A stretch of 64,000 bases of DNA, taken from the NCBI GenBank assembly GCA_028534125.1, contig CM052820.1, forward strand, positions 15,066,001 to 15,130,000. The letters are read 5' to 3'. Positions 54,480-64,000 of the stretch are shown piece by piece; the first letter of the stretch is position 1, and each line of letters starts with the position of its first letter. A program made the position numbers and the translations under genes. The notes below the pieces were generated by a model, which made no database searches, was not told the DNA's origin, and worked only from the letters and a program-made list of their open reading frames with translations. Source of the stretch: Lama glama. Lineage: Eukaryota.

Positions 54480-55320
54480 CTTACACAGAGGACAGAAGAA
54501 GATCATTAGGGCTTTTAAGGAAATGAGTAGAATAATAATGCAAAAATTTTAAAGACCAGCTTAGTACTGTTGGAGAATGTATTGACAGAGGGCAAGAGTG
54601 GAACAGACAGATCTGTTAGGAAGTATTATTTTGGTCCAGGGAATACTGCAGTAGTTTGAACTGGGCAACCACACAGAGCCGAGAACCTCCAGCTGGCCAT
54701 GGACTTTACCCAGAGGAGCCTGAGCCTCAAGGGGAATGCTCTCCAAGGAAACAGCTTCTGACTTCTGTCACCATGGCAACTGTGCTTCATTTGCCCAGAA
54801 TGGTTGCTGGGGTGACACATCAGCACTGAGTGACTGATCACCACAATAAGAACTGGTTACCATGGTATAAAGTCTGCAAACAAGAAGCTGCCATTCTTCT
54901 CCAGGTTAGAGTTCTTGACTAGCTATAAATCTAAGAGAAAATCAGGAGCTGGAGAGAAGATCAGGGCCAGAGAGCCAAGGGGAGGCCAGCTGTGGGGCAG
55001 TTGCTGAGTCATTTTGCCTCAGGACTTGCCCAAATCAAGACAGCTATTAGAGGGGAAAGGGGAGTTTACATTGTAGAGAGGGAGTACTCCAGCACATATA
55101 CACACAAATTACAAATTCCACATTTCCTTCCATTTTAGGGCTTCTTTGAACTGTTTCCTTCTCCAAGCAAAACTTTGTAGCTGACTGAAGCATCGCTATC
55201 CTCCACCCACTGCACTGCCATTTAGAGGGGCAGGTCTAAGACAACTTGCTTCCGAATTTTTAAAGTGGGTTTTGGTCAAAATCCTTCTTGTGGGCTTGTC
55301 TGATGGCAGGAAATGTGGGC
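54480..55320 (+). pseudogene. Further duplicate fragment (copy B): DNPEP exon 14 relic, intron and frameshifted terminal exon
   Basis: ttttag|GGCTTCTTTGAACTGTTTCCTTCT at 55139 (GFFELFPSPSKTL*, 1-nt deletion); upstream 54686-54910 aligns with 42260-42500, 50400-50630 and 62487-62720. Confidence 0.85.
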
Positions 55321-57065
55321 CCTAATAATTAAAACACAAAAAAGTAATGCTTAGAGGGAAAATATAGATTTACTTGCGTTTATTGTAAAGAAAAAAAAAT
55401 TGAGTCAATGATCTAAGCTACTAACTCAAGAAGCTAGAAAAAGATAAGCAAAACTCAAAGAAAATAGAAGGAGATAATAGTAAAGAATGGACATCAAAAA
55501 AATGGGTAAACAATAGAGAAAAACCAATAAAACCAAAAGTCAGTTCTTTAAAAAGATCAATAGCATTTGTAAATCGCTAGCTACACTGATGAAGAAAAAG
55601 AGAGGAAAAATATGAAGTATCAAAATCACGAATTTAAAAAGTGAAATCACTTCAAATTTCTACAGCCATTAAAATGATAAATATTATGAATATCTTTATG
55701 CTAACAAATGTGATAACTTAAATGTTAGAGACAAATTTCTTGAAAAATTCAAGTTTCCAAAACAGACATGAAAAGAAATAGAACAACTGAATAGCTAAAG
55801 AGATTGAAATTGTAATAAAACTTTCTCACAAAGAAACTCCAGGCCCAAAGAGGTGAGACGTATAGCTCAGTGGTAGAGCCCATGCTTGGCATGCATGAGG
55901 TCTTGGATTCAATCCCCAGTGCCTCCATTAATGGGGGGAAAAAAGAATCTCCAGGCCCATACACTCAAACAAGTAATATCAATCATACAGAAACTCTTTC
56001 AGAACATAACAAAAGAGGAATGCTTTCTGACTGATTTTATGAGGTCAGGATAATCAAACATTTGGAAGAAAGCATAGGAGAAAAATCTTTGTGAATTTGG
56101 GATAGGTAAACATTTCTAAGAACACAGAAAGCATTAGTGATAAAAAATAAAATCAATAAATTGGACTTCCTCAAAATTAAAATACTTTGCTCTTCAAAAA
56201 CACTATTAAGAAAATTAAAATTAAGTGCTCAGAATTGGGGAAAATATCCATAAAGCATTAACCTGTTAAAGAAGTTGTAACCAGAAGTACTAGAGAATTA
56301 TGTCAATTATGGAATAGTAAATATTTTTAAACAATTGTGTTCATTTTCAATGAACACATCAATGAACAAATCACCTCAAATCTAGTGGCTTGAACAACAC
56401 AAATTTGTTATCTTACAGTTCTGAAAGTCATAAGCCTAAAATCAATATCAAAATGTCAGCAGGGCTGTGCTCCTTCTAGGGGCTTAAAGGGAGAATATAT
56501 TTCCTTGTCTTTTTCAGCTTCTAGAGGTTGTTTGCATTCCCTGGCTTGAGGCCCCTTTCTCGTACCACTCCAACCTCTTGCTTCCAATATTATAACTCTG
56601 ACTACTGATTGTGACCCCTCTACTTCTCTTTTCTAAAGACTTTGTGATTATATTGGGCATACCAGAAAATCCAAGAAACTCCCCATCTGAAGTGAACCAC
56701 ATTCTAAGTTTAATCACACCTGCAAAATCCCTTTTACCATGTGAAGTAACATATTCACAGGTTCTAGAGATTTGAATGTGGACATCTGTGGGAGCCGTTA
56801 TTCAGCCTAAAACAGATATCATAATGCTATTGTGATTATGCAGAAAATTCATTCATTCTAAAAGATGTATATTGAATTTTTTAGGTGTGAAATGTCATGA
56901 TGTCTGTAAATTACTTTCAAATACTTCAGCAAGAAAAAGAAGCAATTGTGACAAAATCTTATTAATTGTTAAATCTGAGTGGTAAATATATTAATGTTCA
57001 TTTGAGTCTTCTCTTTTTATATTTGAAAATGTTCATAATAAAATTTTAAGCTTAATAAAAAAAAG
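55320..57065. mobile_element. Old L1 fragments (sense) interrupted by a SINE and an MLT1-type LTR (about 56350-56815)
   Basis: A-rich L1 ORF2-like sequence; MLT1 motifs tctagtggcttgaacaacacaaatttgttatcttacagttctg. Confidence 0.7.
55849..55941 (+). mobile_element. tRNA-Ala-derived camelid SINE inserted in an L1 fragment
   Basis: SINE head with TSD aaagaa(a/t)ctccaggccca. Confidence 0.88.
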
Positions 57066-57716
57066 ATTGAAATGTCAGTCTAGAGTTTAGGAATCCTGTA
57101 ACGAAATTACAGTGGAAGCAAGGGATCAGTTAGTTAGCTAGTTATTACAATAGCTCTGTTAAAAAGAGTACAGTGGTTTGATCCCAGGCTATGGCAGTGG
57201 ATGTGGAGAAGTAGATGGATGTGCTTATTCTTAGCAGGTCAAACCCATGATTGCTGAAGGGTTTTAGATGGGTGAGGGCAAAGTTAGCATCAAGATAATA
57301 AAAATAGACTAGATTCATTGAGTGCCGGCTACCCAGTTGCTGTTCATTTTTAATCCTCACAGCAAACCTATGAGTTAGGTACAAATCGCACCTGCGTTTC
57401 ACATGCAGTCCATTTCTCCAACCTTGGGACTGGGAGTAGAGGCAGTAGTCCTTGGCATACGATTTATGTAAAAAAGGAGTGGGTTCCTGGGGATGGGGTG
57501 TGGTGGGATGGTTGTGGGGGCGGTAGGGGAAGTAGGGGCTGAATAGGAGTCCGCAGGGGCAGGGCCCGCCAGTGATTGGCCCAGATGCCAAGGGAGGGTT
57601 GTGCAGATCCCGTTTCGCTAGCGGGTGGGAAGCCACAGCCCCGCTCAGTCCCTCAGGCAGCTGTCCCTACCTTCTCTGCGACTTAGGTGGGGAGCCAGCG
57701 CGCCAAGCCCAGGAGG

Positions 57717-59992
57717 ATGCAGCGCCTGCTGTGGCCTGGGGGCTCCCGGGGGCTCTGGCTGCTCCTCTGTTTCCTGCTTCTGAACAGCCGCCCAGGGGGC
57801 TGCAGCGACATTGGTGGCCACGGTCAGGAGGAAACCTGGGGGGTGCGGGCAAGGCTAGAGAGCGATTCTGAGCGAAGCACGCTGGGATGGGGGAGCTCAA
57901 GGTTTGGAACTTAAGAGGAAAGTAATGTGTTTAGGGGTGAAAATAGATGAATGTAGAGAGCATCTCGCCCAAAGAGGCGCAGGCTTGGAGTGGGGCTCGG
58001 CATAGGGGCTCTGCGACTCAGAGGACTCAGGGAAGCCCACTCAGGGGAAGACTGGGGATTTGGGAAGAGGACGGGGAAACATGCATTGGGGGAAGTAAAA
58101 CTGGCCTGTGAGGCCGCAAGAAAAGCAAGACGAGCCAAGGGGCCAGGGAAAAGATGCCTATGGCTGAGGGGTAGGCAGGGGACTAGAATCTCTAGACTGC
58201 AGGAGCAGGGACCGCGGGTTATCGGAGTCCTGGCTCCGAAGAGAAGGCTGGGCCGAGGGATGAGCCAAGGCTTCTTTATAAGCCCCCCAGAGCCTGGTGT
58301 CAGCGATCCAATTTCTGCTAAGAAGTGGAAGGCTAGGCCGGGGTAGAAGAGGATGGAGAGAGAAACAGTCCATCCTTTTTCCATCCCCTTCACTCTGAGC
58401 CAGCCAGGTAGACCATCGCTGACTCATGTCTGAGCTGCCAGAGACCGACTGCGCAGACTCAGGGATTCCAGCGCCTGGCGCGTGGGGCAGACGGCGCAAA
58501 CTCAGAGCCTAACGCCAACTTTCCTCCCCCGATCTGTGGGGTTTAGATGCCAATGCAGAGGACTCCCGAAGAACTGTGGGAGGAGGCCTGATGTCAAGCG
58601 ACAGGAAGCAAGGCGTGGGGAGCGGGTGGGGGTTGGTTGTGAGGACGATCAAGCCTTGTGGGAATGCCCAGCTCTCTTCACCGCTCAAAGTCGCCCCCAT
58701 GTCAGGCTTTGGCCATCACTCAGCACCGCGGACAGCGCCAGGAGCCCTGTGGGTCTGACCCAGGGTGTCCAGTTCACTGCTTTTCCTATCCGTTCTGGGA
58801 GTGCTGCCTCAGAGAACAATCTCTCCTTCCAGAAGCTCTTTTCCTTCTCAACAGGGTGCTGGAGGTTCTGGTCCTTCCTAAAGCCAGGAAATTAATATTA
58901 GGATCCATTTGACTGGGGAGAATTCGCAGTCCATAATGACTTGTGGTAATTCCACTATAGGGAAAACAAACAAACAAACAGACTCCAGTCCTACCCACCT
59001 ACCTGGAATAAGGAAAGTGTGTATAGCATTAGGGATTATCTCCATCTCCTTTCCTTCCCTTATGCAGTCTGCCAAACTGTGGCTTTCAGAACAAGGATCC
59101 AGACACTCAAACCCTATACATACCATACTTTTTTTCCTTTAAGGATTCCAGGCCTCCTCTGTAATCCCCTCCAGGCTTCAAAGACTTCCCTGAATGCAAT
59201 TTGCCTGTTTTCCATGCCCTGCCTGTTCACCTGATTATCCATTTCATGTGTGTAGCTTTCTGAGTCTCTGCTTATCTTAACCTCCACAGGATGCTCTTTG
59301 CCTGTAAGCTTGGTTCTTACTGGAAGTTGGTGCCAAAGATGAATGAGATTCAGGGGCTGAAGAACAGGGAAAGTGGTGATGGGGAGGGAAATATGAAAAG
59401 AAGGAGGACTTGAAATTAGGAGGGGGTCTGATGAGGGGGACAGAGACCAGTGAACCCAGGGATGTTAGTGGGAGGAAGCTGCTTTCCTTCAACTGGGATT
59501 TGTAAGTCTTCTGGCCAGGCTCCTTTCTCACACCACTATTTTGCTCTTAGATGGTCAGAGCCAAGTGGGAGTGGGGCAGCTCTGGTCCCTCCAAGGATTT
59601 ACTACCCCAGTCTTCCAGCGCTTGCAAGTTTTCTTCCAGCAGATTGTGCCTCAAGGTGAGTAAAAGGTGAAGAGAGTCTGGGACCTGGTCAGATACAAGG
59701 GTAGGTAATAATGAGGGGCTTTTTATTTGAGAACAGGTTTTCTTCCCCAGATATCTCTTCTTGAAACTTTTCTGTCATGCTTACCTCCTGGAGGACCAGG
59801 TGGGACCAGAGTAAGTGTGGAGCTGGAAGGACAGGCTGTTTGCACTTGAACATCCTGGAAGAACCCAGTAGAGGCTTCTAGAAGAAGCCCTTGGAAGATG
59901 TCAGCATCCAACTCCTTGAGACTAGCCCCAACCCCAACCACAGGCACTATCTGAGATTTTACAGAGACAGGAATCCTTAAATTCTCAGCCAG

Positions 59993-60043
<51 letters not shown>

Positions 60044-62968
60044 CAGCTTCTGAGTAGGAAGCAGAGCAGATTATAGGACAAATAGAAGGGAGGGATGAAG
60101 GGAGTGAGGAGCCTCTTGAAGACAAATGGCCAACCCTTCCTTATAGCAGAGTTGCATGAATGAGAGAAGAGTCCCATAGGAAATGCAGCTTGAGTTCATT
60201 GTACTACTACCACTACGAATGTCTATCATGTTTATAATGCCTTAGAGCAGCGGTTCTCAAAGTGCATCCCTGGACCAGTAGCAGCATCACCAGGAGACTT
60301 GTTAGAAATGCTAATTCTTGAGCGTCATCTCAGACCTCTTGAATCAGAAACTCTAGGAGTGAGGAACAACAATCTGTGTTTTAACAAGCTTTTTGGGAGA
60401 TTCTGATGCACCCTAAAGTTTGGAAATCACTGTCTTAGTTTTCTCAGCAATTTTTATATCCCTAATCTCATTTAATCCTCACAATAGCATCAAATGAATC
60501 AGCAAAAAGAGTATAGTCTTAATCCTAACTGAACATTTATTACATGCCAGGAACTGTGCTATGCAACTTTTATATGTCATCTCATTTAATTCTCTCCACA
60601 AATTGTGATCTTTTATCTACCTGAGGGAGAGGGGGAGTGTTGATCTCACTCTGGTCCCTGGAGTGGGCCAGTTAGAACATCCCCGGTGTTAATTCACCAC
60701 ATCTTTTCACCCTGCAGGTTTGTTCTGGAAGGATGACATGACCCAGAATGTGATGACCCAGAAGATGGGACACATTAGCAAACTCCATCCCCAGGATCCA
60801 TGTGTGAGGGTTGGACAGGCAGCCTTTCCCACCAGAACCACTGGGATGAGGTATGTGAGGCCTATGGTCAGTCCATGCTGTCTGACTGACAGACAGAGCA
60901 AGGAGGGAGCAGGCATTAATGCAGGTAAGAGCTGCCAGGAGCACTATGAGAATGATTCAGAGGTCCTGTCTGTGATCTGCAGGAAACAGTTCCATGAGCC
61001 ATTAGTAATGTCTGCAAAGGGAGAGGAGGCGGGTGCTAACAAGCCTAGGTCCCATTTATCATCCCCATGTCTTTTAGGGGCAAGCAAGAGGAGAAACTTC
61101 GACTCTTATTCCCCAAGGTGAGACCCATGTGTCTTCTCAAGACATGAATCCTGACTTTGGGTCCCATCTCTTTCCCTCAGGGGCTCTGCCACCTTTTTCT
61201 GTCTCCTTCTTGATTCCTGTCTTCCTTCTTCACAGAGCCCAATGGCCAAGGTGAACAAGGATCAGTGCTTTACCTCCAGAGTGGTTTCAAAGGCCTTGAA
61301 ACAAGAGGTGGCCAACCCTGTCAAGGTGAGGGCTCACTTTTTCTTGGGAGGCTAGAATCACCAAAGACTTCTTTAAATGAGGGAGGCAGGTGTGAAGGAG
61401 GGAATGGGCATTGGGATGTGAACAAAAAAGCTGAAGAAAATATCTTTCCCAATTGAATGGTACCCAGATTTTCCTGTCTCTCAGACCACCTTTGGGTGTC
61501 CAAATAAGAGGTTGAGGGGCATGATGCAGGTGCTGAGAGCCTCTAAGGGTGAAATGATCTATAGTATCATGAAAAACAATTGAGTTTAAAATAGGCATGC
61601 AAAATTGAAGGGTTTCACAATTAAGTAAAAGGTCCCTCTTTTCTCCATACACTCCTCTGTATATAGCAAGTGATAGTGAAGTTACTTTGGATGAATGGAA
61701 GAGGTAGCCCAGAGGCCTTTGCATTCAGCACCTCCCTGCCTTGCTCTACTCTGTGGCCTGAGTGAGCATCCCAAGGTTCTGCATTATCTCTTTGGGATGC
61801 TTGAACACTTCAGAATTCGACTGAAAACACTCATATAGCCCTCCCATCTATCTTTATAGATAAGACATTGGGGCCCAGGCTGGTCAAGCAGCTTACTCAA
61901 GGCTTCATAGCAGGTTCATGGCAGAGCAAAGACTGGACCCAGGTGTCCTGATTCTCAGCCCTTTCCCCTGCAAAGCCTCTACCCTTCCTCTCAGGGACTG
62001 CAGCAGGGGTTGGGCTGTCCCACATACCAGACTCTTCAACATGGACAAGTCTTTTTTTGGACTAAGGCCTAAATTACAAGAAGGTGCCAGCCAGAGGACA
62101 ATATAAAGGAAGGGCATCCAAGGCAGAGAGCACCATACTGACAAATGCCCTGAGACAAAGATCCATAGTATGTCTGAGGGACAGATGGAAAAGTCAGTGG
62201 TAGAGAATTAGGTTAGAGAATGTAGGACTGGGGTTGACCACACAAGGACTCATAGATCATGGTGGAAGGTTTGGATTTTATTCCAAGTGTGGTGGCAAGT
62301 CGATGGGGAAATTTTAAGGAAAGGGATATCATAATGTGATATGATTTGAAAAGACCACTCTAGTGATATTGGGGGATGGATTGTGAGAAAACTAAGAGTG
62401 AAAACTAAGAGGCCTATAAGGAGCTGATCATCCTGGTACAAGGGAGACTGAGGTGGCTTGGACTGGAATGGTGGCAGTGGAGTCGGCACCTCCAGCTGGC
62501 CGTGCACTCCATCCAGAGGCATCCTGCTTCTCTGGGGCTTCCAGCCCCTTATGCTCTCCTAGGAAACCTGTTCTCACTCCCATAAGATGGCAGCTGGGCT
62601 TCCTAAGCCTGGATCGGCTGCTGGGTCGGAGCACACAGAGCTAAGTGAAGACCACCTTTGGGAGACTTGTTGGTGTGGTGCTTTCAAGAAAACAAACAAG
62701 ATACTGCCATGCTTCTCCAGCCTGAGCCCAAGGGAAAATCACAGGATGAGAACCCTATGAATTCCATGTGGGAGCAAGGGGACAAGCACTCAATCGATGG
62801 ACTGAGTTACTGTGGGCTTACTTAAATCAGGCTGTTACTGAAGCATTTTGGAACGAGTAGGTGAGGGAGGGGCCACCTTCCCACATACTGATTCCAATCC
62901 TTTGTTTCTTGTTTTAGGGCTTCTTTGAGTCACCCTCCACTGTAGGCCACAACCTTGTCGCTGACTGA
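57717..62968 (+). CDS. RESP18: Regulated endocrine-specific protein 18, 6 coding exons, 174 aa, with signal peptide
   Basis: Exons 57717-57822, 59551-59655, 60718-60850, 61078-61117, 61236-61325, 62918-62968 = 525 nt, all GT-AG and in frame: [61 protein letters not shown]...[16 protein letters not shown]...[16 protein letters not shown]. Position next to DNPEP fits known synteny. Confidence 0.95.
58719..58739 (+). promoter_or_regulatory. RE1/NRSE (REST binding site) in RESP18 intron 1
   Basis: CTCAGCACCGCGGACAGCGCC matches 19 of 21 positions of the consensus TTCAGCACCACGGACAGCGCC. Confidence 0.9.
59995..60041. repeat. (CA)n microsatellite in RESP18 intron 2
   Basis: Perfect dinucleotide run. 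Confidence 0.97.
60248..60432. mobile_element. MER5A-like hAT MITE in RESP18 intron 2
   Basis: 185 nt, terminal inverted repeats cagcggttctcaaagt / agtttggaaatcactg, degenerate 8-nt TSD ccttagag / tcttagtt. Confidence 0.85.
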
Positions 62969-63045
62969 GACCTCGTGCAAGCCTCTCTGCCCCAGTGCCC
63001 TCCCCATTGCCCTCCAGGGAGGTAGTTCCAGGATGAATCTCCAAC

Positions 63046-63051
63046 ATTAAA
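63046..63051 (+). terminator. RESP18: RESP18 polyadenylation signal ATTAAA
   Basis: 77 nt after the stop codon, in a context homologous to the DNPEP signal. Confidence 0.75.
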
Positions 63052-63769
63052 GTGGCTTTCATGCAAACTCTCTGTGACTTGCCCTGAGGCAGGATGGGTG
63101 GGGTTTGGACCTGGCTAGAGTCCTCTAAGTGAGAGAGGCAGGACCTGAACAGGGGGTGGGGTGAGAAGAACACAGCGCCTTGGTATTGCTCAAAGGCTGC
63201 TTTCTGTCCTGTTTTCCTTCCTGAAGTAGGGAAAGTGAGGGTGGGACCATAGCTAGAAAGGCTAGCCTTCTCTGCCCACATCTGATGATGCTCTATGATC
63301 CAGTTGCCCACCCATCCTTCCATGTCAGACTTGCTTGGATGGTGCTGTTCTATGAGGGTCTCCACCTCCAGCATTACAGCCCCTGCCAAGGCTCTCCCAT
63401 TCTTTGTGCTTCCAAGAATCAACATAAAAGTGCTGTAATCAAAGTGTACGCACATTAAATGTTTTGCTGACTCTTGCTAGTTTGCTCCTGGTAGCTTAAA
63501 ATTTTTAAAAGGAGTGAGTAATCTGATCACTTGTGATCAGCCAAATACCAGAATGTCCTATCCGCAGAGCTTTATACTTCCCAAGACACTCTCATACTCA
63601 TTGGACATTCACAGGTACATGAAAATGGGCAAATATCTAGATTTTGTTTCTCTAAGAAATTGGGACTTGGCCACACACCACATCCATTTAAACAACCCAG
63701 AGAAATTAAGTGACTAGTTCTTGATGGCACAGATTCTTTGTCATGCTGCTGTTCTTGCCCTCTCTACTT

Positions 63770-64000
63770 ATCAACTATGTCAAAATGCATAAGGCAAAAA
63801 CTGATAGAACTGACAGGAGAAATAGAAAAATTCACCTTTATAATTAGAGACTTCAGCACTCCTCTGTCAGTAATTGACAGATCAAGCAGACAGAAGATCA
63901 GAAAGGATATAGATGACCTCAACAGAACAATCATTCAATCTGATCTAATTGATGGTTAGAATATACCATCCAACAACAGCAGAATGCAAATTCTTCTCAA
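63770..64000 (+). mobile_element. LINE-1 ORF2 endonuclease-region fragment
   Basis: Translates IRQKLIELTGEIEKFTFIIRDFSTPLSVIDRSSRQKIRKDIDDLNRTI, matching the L1 endonuclease GDFNTPLS region. Confidence 0.9.

Noticed and set aside
62835-63455. 206-aa minus-strand ORF
   Set aside because: Antisense to the RESP18 last exon and flank; no coding hallmarks.

Overview
Mammalian genomic DNA, most likely a camelid (five copies of a tRNA-Ala-derived vic-1-type SINE), covering the SPEG-DES-DNPEP-RESP18 interval. Exon structures reconstructed by hand: desmin DES (- strand, 9 exons, 470 aa), aspartyl aminopeptidase DNPEP (+, 15 exons, 475 aa) and RESP18 (+, 6 exons, 174 aa), plus a probable SPEG promoter at the left edge. 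Main observation: RESP18 is visibly chimeric. Exons 1-3 are PTPRN/IA-2-like, while exons 4-6, their introns and the poly(A) site are a same-frame duplicate of DNPEP exons 12, 13 and 15, with a dead relic of exon 14 in the intron. Two more copies of this unit lie between DNPEP and RESP18: a RESP18-like paralog relic at about 47.6-52.1 kb and a 3' fragment at about 54.5-55.3 kb. Copy-specific transposon insertions make the duplication ancient. Also noted: a relic of PTPRN exon 2 and a near-consensus REST site in RESP18 intron 1, and a possible decayed multi-exon gene at 23.5-26.0 kb. All alignments are by eye; repeat family names and comparisons with proteins outside the window are from memory and need confirmation.
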